Shown here piece after piece: positions 1 to 13,452 of a stretch of 64,000 bases of DNA (the stretch's first letter is position 1; each line of letters opens with the position of its first letter). This DNA is from Sminthopsis crassicaudata (lineage: Eukaryota). The notes under the pieces were generated by a model. The model ran no database searches and was not told the origin of the DNA. It worked only from the letters and a program-made list of their open reading frames with translations. The translations under genes and the position numbers were made by a program. The stretch lies in the NCBI RefSeq assembly GCF_048593235.1, contig NC_133621.1:92991148-93055147 (forward strand). Direction: 5' to 3'.

Positions 1-1594
1 TTAATCTAGCAGCAATATCATAATTTGAAGATGATAAAAATTTTTGGATATGTAATGAATTATGATTAGTTTGGATCTTTTGAAGTATTTACCCTAAGAT
101 ATGCTTATAAAGGGGATAAACAGATAGCAAGAGTTTTCAATGAATTACTCATGAAAATACTTTAGTGCCATTAGGTTTTTTTTCACTTAAAAATTGGAGA
201 AAAAATTAAGGTCATAAGTAGAAAATGAAATTCAATTTAGTAAAAATCTAACATACTATCTACAAAGTACCATTTTGTGCTGGAGAATATGAAGATAGAA
301 AACAATAGGTTTGCTTTCAAAGAGTTCATGCTCTAACAATGGAAGAAAATGTACTTAAATAAATACAAGGGGGGAGGAAGAACAAAGATAAGGACAAAGA
401 AGAAATGCAAGTAAAAGTGCTAAGAGAAACTGGGGGAAGGGAAAGGTTAGGGTTGGGTATGTGATCCTACTTTAGCTGGGTCTAGAAGAAAATGGAAAGC
501 TTTCAACAAATGGAGATACAGTGTTTATAGGATTGGGGGAAATATATTTTGGGTATAAGAGGACAACCTGAGACAAGTCATGGCAACAGGAATGAGGCAG
601 ATGAGAAAATGGGACAGAGAGTTAGCCAGTTTGGTTGGAATGTAGAGTATATGATGTAGGATTATATGAAAGCGAAAGCTGGATTAGTAGGTTGAAATTA
701 AACTCTGGAAGATCTTAGATGCCTCATAAATTCATACAGATGGTCCTGATTACTGAAGAATAAGAAATCTCCTGATATGCATGTGTGTATGTCAAATATG
801 GTAATTGGTTTTGGCCCAGTGGAAATAGATCCTATACATTTGAATAATGGGATGATTTTAGAGGATTCCTTATTTTTTTATTTTTTCTTACTAATATGGA
901 CCTAGTTCTACTTTACAATGAGCCAACAAACTATTTTTGAATAAAGGAGTGACATGATCAAAGATCCCACTTGATAACTAAAAATCTGCTTCTTAATATG
1001 CCCTCTAAAGCAGACAAAGCAATATTTCTAAGTTTCTCCTGCTAAAATTTTGGGTGTTACAGAACTGGTAAACGAACCTATTAGTCACATTTATGCTCAA
1101 AGCATATAGGTCAAGGGATTTTTTCTGAGGCACTTGCAAATACATCAAAGAATAAATATTTATAATTGCAAATCTTGCTTAGCCTTTAGAGTCAAAGTGT
1201 AAGATGTAGACAGAGAACCCAAAGGGCAGCCTGAACACATAGCTGAAAATAAATCTATGAATGAGAGTTAAACTCTATTAATTCAAAGAGAGCCCTAACA
1301 TGAGATAGATCTGATATCTGTTAGGACTCTGTAATTCATTTATGACATGTCTACTTTTAGTTCTGAAATAAGATCTCTTAGCCTCTATGAGAAATCTAAC
1401 TAAAGTATATTTTAGGGCTGCATCTTTTTGGTATTGGGGCAATTGGATTGACCTTTGAATATAAATTGACTTGGAGTTCTGAATGGCCAATTTGAGTGAA
1501 TATTTCTGTTTTGAACTAGGTGACTGGATAGGTTTGATGCAGACTTTGTCAACCTGAGGTTAGGAAATGAGAATAGCATTAAATCAATGATTTT

Positions 1595-1771
1595 TACCCA
1601 AATACCCAAATAGTTATATATATGGATACATGCACAGATATCTATGTATATAGATATATATACCCAAATATCTATGTATATATATATATATATGCATATA
1701 TATATGTACCCAAATACCCAAATAGTTATATATATGGATACATGCACAGATATCTATGTATATAGATATAT
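1595..1771. repeat. Direct repeat of about 65 bp (period 112) around an (AT)n tract
   Basis: TACCCAAATACCCAAATAGTTATATATATGGATACATGCACAGATATCTATGTATATAGATATAT at 1595 and 1707. Confidence 0.9.
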
Positions 1772-2756
1772 GTGGATATATATGCTTCACACATGTGATT
1801 AAATTAATTAATACATATAAAAGTCTTTTATGTGCTGTGGAATGTTATACATAAGAAATAGCTATCTGATTTTGGCAGGCCTTAAAGGCTAGCTCAAGGA
1901 ATTTCAATTTTACCCTGTAGGCAATAGGGATCCATTGCAGATATAGGGACAGGGGACTAATTTACACACTCAATTTAATAAATGTTGCTAAAGTGCCTGT
2001 TATTTTCAAAGAATATTCAAAGTATTACATAAAGAAGGTTAGTTTGGTAAAAGTTTCAAAAATGGATTGAAAGGGATAGAGAGCAGAAAAGGAAGATCTG
2101 TTAGAAAGTCATTGCTGTGATTCAGGAGGGTGATAATGAAAAGCTCATGTGGTGCAATGCAGAGAGAGAAAAGGGGATGAAACTGAGAGTCAGTGAGGAA
2201 ATATTAAGGGGACTCTTCGAAATGATAAGATTAATCATCATAGCTAGACCAGAGGAGAGAAATGCAAGGATGAAAGATAACCAGCAGGATTTTGAACATG
2301 AGATATTGGGTGAATTGTGGAGCCACCAACAAAGAGAGGTCACCGGAATGGCAGGTTAGCTCAGTGGGACTGAGAGAATTTGAAGGGCAGGTATGGCAGG
2401 TCAGTGGAAATATCCAGCTGGCAGCTGCAAAAGCCCTTCTCACTTTGATATTACTCTTCCACATGCTCTGCACTGTGTTGGGTACAGAGTAGAGATTTAA
2501 TAACCTTATTTGACTGACTGATATTACTGAAAATCAGTCTATATAGTTGTGAAGAAGTGGTATAATTATAAGAGGGCTGATTTTGAAGTCAGAAAAGCTA
2601 GGCTTGAGCCCTGTCTGATTGTTCCTAGGTATGTGACTGTTAGCCAACAGACTTCTGATCACCATGCTTCATTTTCCCCAGGAGTAAAATAGGAATAACA
2701 ATCCCTCAAATAGAAACAACCTCTCTTTAGTTATGAATTTGGCATTTTTTTCCTAT

Positions 2757-2774
2757 GGGGAAAAACTGGTGTGT

Positions 2775-2819
<45 letters not shown>

Positions 2820-2852
2820 CTACGTGTGCATTTGTATAGCAGGGGAAAAACT

Positions 2853-2902
<50 letters not shown>

Positions 2903-2933
2903 TGTGTACCTACGTGTGCATTTGTATAGCAGG
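2757..2933. repeat. Tandem duplication of a (TG)n microsatellite with its flanks
   Basis: GGGGAAAAACTGG-(TG)n-TACCTACGTGTGCATTTGTATAGCAGG occurs twice with different TG tracts. Confidence 0.92.
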
Positions 2934-3676
2934 AGTGAATAAATAAATGGGAAGATGGAGCAGCAATGGTGCAGAGGATCCTCTGATCTTATGTACAGTT
3001 GTGGTGGGAGAGAGGGATATGGCACTTTATGAGAAAAAGTGATCTGGGAGAAGGGTGCTACAGCTGGGGCACCCTGGAGATTGCCATTGTGTTAATACAG
3101 GATTGTGAGGTAAGGCTTAGGAACTACTTACCAGGGTGGAAACTGCCCACTCCAGTAGTGATGAGATGTTAGTGCTTGGGGGCAAAGCCCAGTTTACCCC
3201 ACGATCATTATGTCTCGTACTTATAAGAAAATTGTGAATAAAGCACTTAGCAGACCTTAAAGCAGTATATAATCATGAGCTATTCTTTATAATAGAAGGT
3301 GTGGGCTGAGAAATGAACTAGCCATGCTTTTCTGCTTGGTTCACCTTGTGACTAATTGCATACATTTGCAAGATGGATGCTTGGGGAATGATTTTTTTCT
3401 CTATATGAATCATTTTGTCAGTGTATATAGAGTAATAGACATCTGAATATGTGAAAATAAGGTAATTGTTGAACTAAAAAAGATATTTTCAGACATATCA
3501 AGACAAATAACTTTAAAAACCGTCAACAACAGAGATTCATAAGTTTATTGAGTAACAGATGCACTAAGAAATGTGGAAAGAAATACATTTGGGAATGAAT
3601 TTTAGATTAATAGAAATCTCCAAAATGTCATGTCTGTGATAACTAGAAAAAATAGCTCACTTTCTAAAGATGGCTA

Positions 3677-3806
3677 GGGGCAGCTAGGTGACGCAGTGGA
3701 TAGAGCACCAGCCTTGAATTCAGGAGGACCCCAGTTCAAATCTGGTCTCAGACACTTAACACTTCCTAGCTGTGGGACCCTGGGCAAGTCACTTAACCCC
3801 AGCCTC
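3677..3806 (+). mobile_element. Short marsupial CORE-SINE (WSINE1-like)
   Basis: GGGGCAGCTAGGTG..CAGTGGATAGAGCACCAGCC head, B-box-like CCAGTTCAAATC, core CTGGGCAAGTCACTTAACCCC. Confidence 0.9.
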
Positions 3807-3964
3807 GGGGGGAGGGGGAGGGGAATAAAGATGTCTAACTTACTCATGGGAAGTATTTGACCAGGAAAGTTTTTATTCATTATTTTCCATTCTAGGATGC
3901 TGACTAGTTCAGTCTAAATACTCCTCCCCCCCTTTACATGCTCCTGTTTTAGATATTAGACTAT

Positions 3965-4197
3965 TCTCTCCTTCCTCTCTCTTTTCTTCTCCCTTTCCCT
4001 CTCTCTCCCCTTCTCCTTCTTCCTCTTCCTCCTACTCATTCTCTTTTTTCCCTCTTTTTCTCTCTTTTCCTCTCCTCCCTATCCCTCTCCTCTCCCTCTG
4101 TCACTGTCTCTCTGTCTCTTTCTGTCTCTTTATCTCTGTCTCTGTCTCTCCCTCCTTTTCTCTCTCCCTCTCTCTTTCTCTCTACCTCCCTCTCTCT
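3965..4197. repeat. CT-rich polypyrimidine low-complexity tract
   Basis: Almost exclusively C/T on the + strand. Confidence 0.9.
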
Positions 4198-4438
4198 TAA
4201 AGTGATTAGATTCTTCAGTGCTGAGGGGACACAACTAAATAATATGACTTAAATTTTCATTTTTCAATTAGTTTTGTTACCATGCAGCTACTTAAAAAGT
4301 GGTTCTTAGATGTTAATTCTACAGTATATATTTAAGATTAATTCCTCACATTTCTAGTTATTTGGGTTGCTCCATTTTGAGCTCTGCTTTCTGGTTTATA
4401 TGATCTGACCCAAAAATCTTAATGAGATATATTGTACT

Positions 4439-4695
4439 NNNNNNNNNNNNNNNNNNNNNNNNNNNNNNNNNNNNNNNNNNNNNNNNNNNNNNNNNNNNNN
4501 NNNNNNNNNNNNNNNNNNNNNNNNNNNNNNNNNNNNNNNNNNNNNNNNNNNNNNNNNNNNNNNNNNNNNNNNNNNNNNNNNNNNNNNNNNNNNNNNNNNN
4601 NNNNNNNNNNNNNNNNNNNNNNNNNNNNNNNNNNNNNNNNNNNNNNNNNNNNNNNNNNNNNNNNNNNNNNNNNNNNNNNNNNNNNNNNNNNNNNN
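4439..4695. other. Assembly gap (N run)
   Basis: Run of N. Confidence 1.
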
Positions 4696-5046
4696 CTCCC
4701 CCTTCCCTTCTTTCCCTCTATCTTTCTCTCCCTTTCTCACATTCCTCCTTTTCTTTTCCTCCCCCTTACTCTCTCTTTTTCTCTCAGCACAGAGATAAAT
4801 ACATGGGATAACAACACTATCTGGACTCTGCTTCTTTAAATAGTCATATAATTTGAAAAGTGGTTCAAAATATATAGTTTTCATTTTCAAATCAAGTCTT
4901 ATGCAAATAATTACAATATATCTTCACTGAAAAAATTAAAGATATGATATATAACAGGTAAACTATTGTTATTTTTCACAAGAAAATAAAAACCAAATAG
5001 AAGTATATGTGCTCTGGAAATGCTACAATCTCTAAACCTTTAAGAG

Positions 5047-5047
<1 letters not shown>

Positions 5048-5103
<56 letters not shown>
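5048..5103. repeat. (CA)n microsatellite
   Basis: Direct reading. Confidence 0.97.
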
Positions 5104-5105
<2 letters not shown>

Positions 5106-6129
5106 TCCAGATACAGAAGAGGCCCTGAAAATTCTCTAGCTAAAATGTATAGTCAGTAGGTTTTCAGAGATTCTTGGTTTTGTTGAAAACTCCAGGAAAG
5201 TCTGAGCAAATACAATACTCTTTGTAGATTCTACAATGTACAGAGCTGGAAAGGGTCATTTCAGTGCCTAGGAAGTGGCGTGTCTAGGGCAAGTAATGTG
5301 CAAATGCTTAGAAATCAAGTCTAATTTATGATATGAAAATAAATAAGACAAATTGAGTTGAGGAGGTAGGGAGGGATTAATTAATAGTTACTAGGTTATT
5401 CTTCAATTTCTCTCAATTTCAGCACTCAGAAAAAATCCCACTCACCTCACCCTAGTTATGCTTTTGCATATGCTTTCTGAGTCATCACAATGAAAAGGGG
5501 AAAAAAGCAAGTTCCTACATCCATTCCCAATAAAAGCATAGCACGTAACATTGATGCTTGAGTCACTAAAGCTACAGGAAAGATAAAGAAATGAACTGGT
5601 ATATGGAAGAGTAACAAAATAATGAGAATGAAATATTACAAAACGACATTAAGCAGATATAAAAATCTGATATTGTTCTTTCATGTTATTTATGAAATCC
5701 TTTCACATTTGAAAACAATCTTTTACCCATTCTTCACCATACAATACCTCTCTATATGCCATTGACATCATATTGCTTGATCACCATGTTCTCCCTCTCA
5801 GGGAGACAGTGTGGTATAGTAGAAAGGGCTTAGGGTTTAGAGTCAGACAGCCTTTGCCATTTACTGATTAGAATCAGTTGATTAACCTCTCTGGGTCTCT
5901 GATCCTCATACAGTCAGGGAAGTGGGCTTTATAGCCATGGATGGTTCTTTGAGGTCTAAACCCATGAGCTTGTGAGCTCATAAGATGTAACCTGACCTTA
6001 GGAAAGAAGAGTAACTTTGGTATTATATAAATTAAGATGGGAAAAAACCATTCTCAAAGACACTGTATAGATAGATATGTGTATTACCCATGGATTATAT
6101 GGTTGAATGTCTTTTTATCATTTGGTAAT

Positions 6130-6300
6130 TAGATGGTACAGAAGATAAAGAGTTGGACTAGGAGTCACGAAGACCCAGTTTGAATATTGACTTGGACACT
6201 TACTAGCTGTCTGACTATGGAAAAGTCACTTAACTATTTTTATCCTCATTTATAAAATGGAGATCATAATAATATCTACCACACAAAGATAGCATTGGAT
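6130..6300 (+). mobile_element. MIR/CORE-SINE remnant
   Basis: GACACTTACTAGCTGTCTGACTATGGAAAAGTCACTTAAC...TATAAAATGGAGATCATAAT core. Confidence 0.75.
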
Positions 6301-6454
6301 CAAATAAGTGAAAAGCCTTTAGAATGATTTTAAGCATAAAAATGCAATAAAGCTTTGGGAACAATCCTGGATGCTCTTCTCAAAAAAGGTTATGGATTAA
6401 AACTGCACAAAGACTAAAGTTAACATAACAAAGAGTTAGCTAAATTCTGTCCCA

Positions 6455-6620
6455 CTACTACAATTATTACTACCTCCTCTTCTGCTACTACTATTACTAC
6501 CACAAACACCATTACCACCACCCTGACAACCACCATCATTACCACCATCACAACCTCTTCTTTTTCCTCTTCCTCTTCCTTTCTCCTCTTCTTCTTCTTC
6601 CATCTCTTCCTCTTCTTCCA
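6455..6620. repeat. Compound trinucleotide low-complexity tract (CTA/CCA/CTT)
   Basis: Successive CTA-, CCA- and CTT/CCT-type runs. Confidence 0.9.
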
Positions 6621-8765
6621 CTTAAACACTATTCTGCATGAGACTTCTTTCACACTCATTTTTTTATGAGTTAACTCTGATTAGAATTTCACATTTGAAC
6701 ACACAATAAGCTGTTGTAACAGGAAAGTGTACAATTTATTGTGTCTCCTATTTCTGAGGTGACATATTTTTATATCCCAAACTTCACTAATCTGGGGAGA
6801 ATAAGTAAATTAAAACCTGGCTCATGCCTCTATTTTAAGACTTTAAAACTGATCTTTTCTCCTATTTCTTGGGGCTTAACAATGTGTCCTTCTAAAAGTG
6901 TGGAGGAGATAAAGCTGTTCCTGCCCAGCTTCATGAGGGGTTACTTAGGAGACACATGGATTATTTGTCTCCATATTCATGCAAATCCATTCTTTAATTC
7001 ATAAACGGGAGAAGTACATTTATATAACTCTCATTGCCTTTTCCCTAAACTCTTGTTTAAGATGCTCTCTTATCTAAGTTTGGTCAATTCATGATCTTTT
7101 ACTAAAAAAATCTGAGGATGGTTTTATATAATAGCTTCAAATAATAGATTCAAAGTCATGGGGACAGGATTACTCATTTATATGTGATATTAACTGACAG
7201 GTTAAAATAAGAAACATATTCCCTTTGGATCTAATGCCATTCTTATAACATTTTAATTAGAGTGGATACAGTCAGATAGCAGGCAACATTATAGTGAAAG
7301 ATTGGAGGGGGTGGGGATAATGGACACCTATATTACTAATCAATGATCAAGACAATTTCAAATCTATCAGATAATATGTCCCACTCTGTGCCACTAACTA
7401 TTATTTATGAAAAGTCAGAGCTCTCTGTATATACATGTGCCCAGAATTCCCAGATATACTGCCTTTGTGGATTGGATGAGGAATTAGAGTTTTAAAAGTA
7501 TTATGAAAAATAGAATTAAAAAACCTGGCCAGTTTCACCATCTGTTAATAAAGTTTGACCAGATCATCTCTAAGATCTCTTACAGGTATTTAAAAATACC
7601 CCCCCAAACTGATTCAATTATTATGGAAAAATCAGAAGAGATATTGGAAGAATAACTAATACATCTCTTTTCCTTTTTCTATCCACATCTACCTATATAG
7701 ACGAATATATACCAAGGTCCAAATTGACACAGACACAGAGACAAATACACATACACTTTTCACAAAAGCTTTTTGGATGCATGCTGAAATAATGCAGGAA
7801 AAAAATTCAGGCCTTGCCACGTTTTGTTAACAATAGAATCCCTTGTTTTTTTCTAATCTTTTCCAATTGTCAATCGCATTATTTGAATTTCTAAATTCAA
7901 ATTCAAAGTAAAAAAATAAATCTCCTTTTGATCAATTAACTTTTGTATGTCAATTGCTAGAAACTAGCAAAGGTCCTGTTCTACAGGTGATGTTCAGATA
8001 TTTTCAATATTAACAAATGTCTATCCACTGTATTTTTGGAGGCTGCCACTGAAATTCAAACAATGTTGAGTCACAAGTAAAGCCCTGTAAACTGGCTACC
8101 CCCAAAATGAGGAGAAATCAATTGCTGATCAAGCAATATTCCAAGTTTAGAGAGCTCAAAAAAGGCATTACATTTAATTTCATTTTCAATCAGATGAATT
8201 AAATAGAACCAGTAATTTCTGATTGAATAAACAATGTTCATTCCATCAGCATGTTAATTGTAAGCTCATCATTCAATCTTTTTGATGCCCAATATGTATA
8301 AATACATTGGTAATTTTTTCTTTTTAAAAAGAAAGTCTTAAGGGGGAATTGAAATCCTGTTAGGGGACAGTTAAATAGTCTAATCCTCTGTGATGTTCCA
8401 GTTTTCATTCTTTGTATCTATCATAGGGAATTCCAATTTACCATTCTTTCTTCTTATTAGCATACTTGTCATAATAACCAAACAAACAGATCTGGTCTAA
8501 TTAGAAGTGAGAAGTCTTTTCCTGAAATGAGTCTTGAAAATCCTGCTAACACATTTGACAGCTAACACTATCTACATTTCAGTTTTGCTTTTACTGAAGA
8601 CCCAGGAAAGGAGATGCTCTACTTTTCCAGATGCATCTCAGTTTCCTTTACTTTCTCTTCCACTCTGAGCTTGTAGTATTTTGTCCAGTTCCACAGCCAA
8701 CTGACACAGAGCAATTTTAGTGACTAAACCCATTTCTGTCAGAACAAGGCTGTCCAGAGTTCCCT

Positions 8766-8773
8766 ATATAAAG
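8766..8773 (+). promoter_or_regulatory. Candidate TATA box
   Basis: CCCTATATAAAGGC at the start of a locally CpG-retaining, non-repeat island, upstream of two consensus splice donors. Confidence 0.4.
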
Positions 8774-8794
8774 GCAATTTTTTTGCAGTAGGCT

Positions 8795-8857
8795 CACTTT
8801 TATATGATAGAATAAAATCCGGCTCTGGTAAGTATCCCCAGCTTATCACATGGACAC

Positions 8858-8904
<47 letters not shown>

Positions 8905-9055
8905 CAGCAGCAGCAGCGGAGCACACTCATTCATTCCCATCTTTGATTCTATCATTGGGGAAACTATAAGAAAGCCCCGTCCCAGAGGGACAACAGCATG
9001 TCAGAGTAACCCACTGGTCCGTGTTACCTGCTTCTTCCTGTCAGCCCTGGCTCAG
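8795..9055 (+). other. Putative 5' non-coding exon region of an unidentified gene
   Basis: Donors TG|GTAAGT (8827/8828) and CAG|GTATGC (9055/9056); about 8 CpGs in 8820-9140 against a CpG-poor background; embedded (CA)21(CAG)5; short ATG TCA GAG TAA at 8998-9009. The 5' boundary is estimated from the TATA position. Confidence 0.45.
8860..8916 (+). repeat. Compound microsatellite (CA)21(CAG)5
   Basis: Direct reading. Confidence 0.97.
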
Positions 9056-9759
9056 GTATGCCCCCTTTCCTTTGTGATGCAGGTAGACTGACAACTGGCT
9101 GAGGAGACTTCCGAAGCTCCAGGATCGTTCTTTGTCGGCACAGGCAGCTGGAATTCCTGCTCTCTGCTTTTAACCAATAGTGTGTGGGACCAAACCCTGG
9201 ACTACACAGAGATGCAGGTGAAGGGAGGATGGAAAATATGGAGTGGAGCCTTAGGCTGCTGTCAGCAGTGGTTTATTCTACAGGCAGGAAGCAGCACAAA
9301 ATATATATATGAGGAAAAGTGGAATCTATGGACTGGAGTTTTTATTTAACCAGCAGGCTCATCATGTATATTAACATAACACATAGAACATGGGGAACCT
9401 TTGTTTCCTTGGCTCTTTCAAATGATATTACTGAAGTCTAATAAAGGCACAGATTTGGAGAATTTTAGAGCTGGGAAAAGGATGTTAGGGCCTCAGTTTC
9501 CTTCCCAGTATAATGATGGCATTAAACTAGACAATCTTTAAGATCTCCTCCCAATCTAAATGCATAATATTGATGACCATTTAATCTAATACCTTCATTT
9601 TACAGAGGGGGAAATTGAGACATATAGAGAGGTTGAGGGACTTGCCTGAGGTTATAAAGGTATTTAGTGCATATCCTAGCTCCTCATCCAGAAGGTTTCC
9701 CTCTCTGTCAAACTTTCATGAACATTTACTGTTGCATCACAGAACACTTTGAATACTTT

Positions 9760-9888
9760 NNNNNNNNNNNNNNNNNNNNNNNNNNNNNNNNNNNNNNNNN
9801 NNNNNNNNNNNNNNNNNNNNNNNNNNNNNNNNNNNNNNNNNNNNNNNNNNNNNNNNNNNNNNNNNNNNNNNNNNNNNNNNNNNNNNNN
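9760..9888. other. Assembly gap (N run)
   Basis: Run of N. Confidence 1.
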
Positions 9889-12800
9889 AAATTTTCTTAG
9901 AGCAGTTCTTAGTGAAGAAGAGTGGAAGTAAGCCATAATGGAGAGAAAACTAGCCTTGGATAAAGAAAAGCTGACATACTTCTGATATACATGCACATAC
10001 ACACAATGAATATATATTATACATTCACATACACATGAATATGTATGTATATACAGACACGCACATGTACAAAAGCTCACATATTACTCTATGACAAAAG
10101 ACTAGTCATGAAATTTCTGGGTCCTAGAAAACTCTCTGAGACTCTCAATTACAGACAAATTAGTGATCTGTATAGATGGAAGACATTTTTACATAGAACA
10201 AGTACAGAATCAGACCTATTCATTCCCTTTCACCCATCAATATAAACCCCCCCAAAAAAAACACCAAAAAAGAGTAGGTAGAAGATTTCATCATTGTATA
10301 AAGCAAAGAAGAAATTATTTCCTCTTACTTATGAAGCACAGAGAAAAAATATGACCTTGGGCATATTCCTCAGGTCTCAGTTTCCTCTCCTGTAAAATAA
10401 GAAGGCTAAATTGGATGGCCTCTAAGATCACTTTCAGCTCTAAATCTCTGACTATACATTTTGGTTCCAATTATTTCTAAATGGAAAACTAATGTCTTGG
10501 TCTCTGTCAAGGATGTTTGCTAAGGTTCCTACTGGAAAGGCTTTCATATGTTGGGAAAGTAAATGGGTCCCATTTTTCTCAAAACTTTTCTGTTCCTTAC
10601 TCTAGCTAATGGAGTGACTATCCTTTTTTCTTTCATTTTCTTCTTCAGCTTTTCTTCAGGACAAGTCAGCAATTTGTCCCCATCATGTCGCCAAGTATGG
10701 TGTTGTTGGTATAATGCTAGCAGAAACAGTAGCACCTGCTTTAGCCTGACTTGTTATGTCTCCTCCCAGGGTTACAGTGAGCATTTTTTCAGTATGCAGC
10801 ATGATTGTAGAAGAGCTCTAATTTCCCATGAAATCAAACATTTTTTTCAACACAGAAGGGTGTTCCTTCACAAAAGCAAGAGAGAAAAGAAAGGAGTGGG
10901 GAGGGAAGGCAATTTTCTGAGCTGGCTGTTCAGTTGAGATAATAGAAATGGTGGCAAGTGGGGGAGTAAAGGTTGCTGGGTACCACCCTCTAGTCATCCC
11001 TGACACATTTTGTCCCTACTAAGCTATTTTAGCCCCGCTCAGAAGCAGGAACAGCAAAGGCAAAGGATGCAGCAAGAGTGAGAAAATGCAACTTGATCTG
11101 TACAAAGTATTTCCATGTTCTATATTTTTTGGCTGGAAAGACACGATGGCTACTTTATCTTGATTTTTCTAATAGATCACATTTACTGCAGAAAGGATTA
11201 GATAAACCACAAAAAGAAATGAAATCAGATGAAAAATGACAGATTGTCAAGAAACTGATAAAGAATGTTGTATTCTCTTCCAATATGTTTGATCTAAAAA
11301 AAATAAATAAAGCCATGGTCATGACCTCCAAAAGGAAAGCACTTATATTTTTTAGATATTTTGATACTTTTCCCAACAACAGTCTTAATCTATGAGAACA
11401 ACGTAGGGGAGAATGATTGATTATAACTGTGAGGAAGTAATAGACATGAGCTGGGAATTGATCAGTAACGGTTCCTCAAAAACTAATGTACTGTATATGC
11501 TATGTGCTACAAAAAAAAGTTGGGAGCTAGTAAGGAGCGTATGAAAACACATTCTTCCTCTTCTTTTTCCTCTTTCTCTTCTCATTCTTCTTACAGGAAA
11601 CAAAAACATAGATTTAGAGCTGGAAGGGAACTGAGAAAATTTGTAATACATCCCTCATTTTACAGATGAAGAAAAGGAAACCTAGAAAGGTAAGTTATTT
11701 GCCCAAGATAATACAGGCAGTAACTGTCAGAGGCAGAAAACAAATACAGATCCTCTAATTATAGAGCCAGCACATGTTCTGCCACATTATACAGATCTTT
11801 CTTCTTTGCCAAGGCAGTGTTAGTAGGGTTTTTTTTACATGGGGGAGAAACAATTGGGATGGGAAGAAGAAAAATTGGGGCAGAGGAGAGCTGGATCACA
11901 GGTACAATCATAGCAGGAGACAGGGAGCTCTTTCTCCAGGTGGGTTGTGGAGAAGGTGATGGGACTTGGAGAAGATGAACTGGCAAAAGATCATGATGCA
12001 AAGTGTGGGGATGATGATCACTAGCAGGAGGCCATATACCCTCTTCACGGTCACAGATACTGTGCTCTGGTAAAACCCCATTCACTTACTTAATACTGGT
12101 CATGTTTTAATCATAGTTTCTGAACTTTCCACTGGAAAGAATTAGCAGCAAATACGCTTTGGAAATAAGGAAATGTAGTTAAGAAAGGATTTGAGTGAAA
12201 GAAGCAAAAGAAAAAACCTCTGGTGGTTCCAAAGGAAAGGATGAGGAAAAAATGCTTCTTCTCTTTATGTCTGGTGGAATTTAAACAAAAATTTTCCTGG
12301 GACTTATTATACTATATCTGTAATGTCAAAGTCAAACAGAAATAGTGGCCACCAAATTGTCCCTAAGGATCTCTGAAGCTGCATATTGACTTAAAAAATC
12401 ACAATTCATATTATCTGTGTCACATTTTAAAAAAAATTGCTAAATATTTACCAAATATATTTTAATTTAGTTTAGGTTGTCCTTGGGAATCCAGACCTCA
12501 TTCTCTATTCACAGTGTCCCTTAATTGCCCATAAGAAAGTTGCCTGAGGTCATCAAGGTAGTAAACATCCGAGGCAGAGGTCCTCTAGGTCCTCTTGGAC
12601 CAGTACTCTTTTCATTGAACTAAGCAACCTTCACGTAATCCATTGCAAGTAAGTTAATCTCTCTGGCACTCAGTTTTCTTATCTGTAAAATGGGAGGCTA
12701 GTCTAGATCTAGACTCTAAATCCACTGTGATCTCATGGAAGTGAATAAAGGAAATGAATAAAGGCAAATCAATGAACAGAAAACGTGTTCAGAGCCTTTC

Positions 12801-13452
12801 AAGACAGAATATTTGTAAACCACGGAAATATATAGGAAGATAAAATTGTAATGGCAAATGCAACCACCTTCAAATGTGTTCTCACATGTAGCTAGCCTCT
12901 TTCAGATGACAACACCAGACAATTATTTTTCTATCTTTATACACTAGGACAAGGAAGGATGGCCTGGGTTTTATGCTAGTCCTACTTCAGTCATCCAGGG
13001 CAGGTTGGCAGCCTTGTATTATTTATCAGCATTTTATTTCCTCCATTCTTCATCCCCACCCACTTCTTTGTTTCTCTGGTTCTAGTCTTACACACCACAT
13101 CATTACGTTAATGCTGCAGTCATGTAGTTAGAACATCAGGGTTTTGCTAATTTACATAAAATTGGGCATAAATTTACATACTGAGTTCAAGAAGTTCCAA
13201 TTCCAGTATGTAAAATACAATGCATCAAGAAAGCCTTCTGACACTAAGCCCAAGTCTCCTACTTAGGTTATGACATTTGGTTAATAAAGAAAAATCATTT
13301 TTTTAGGTGAAACAATTTAGTGCATATAACATATAATGATCATTGCTCACATTTAGGTTTTACACTTCTATTTACAAAATACTTTTTCATGATAGCTCTG
13401 TGAGATAGCACAAATTTTGTTATTTCCATTTTATAGATTAAGAAAAGATTTA

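Noticed and set aside
2733-3025. CV/HT/IY-repeat ORFs (also 1412, 8739, 24171-25275)
   Set aside because: Translations of dinucleotide microsatellites.
3168-3230. C-box-like GTGATGA suggesting a C/D snoRNA
   Set aside because: No D box (CTGA) at a suitable distance and no terminal stem.
4396-4890. Long ORFs containing X runs (also 9667-10080)
   Set aside because: Artefacts of translation through N gaps.
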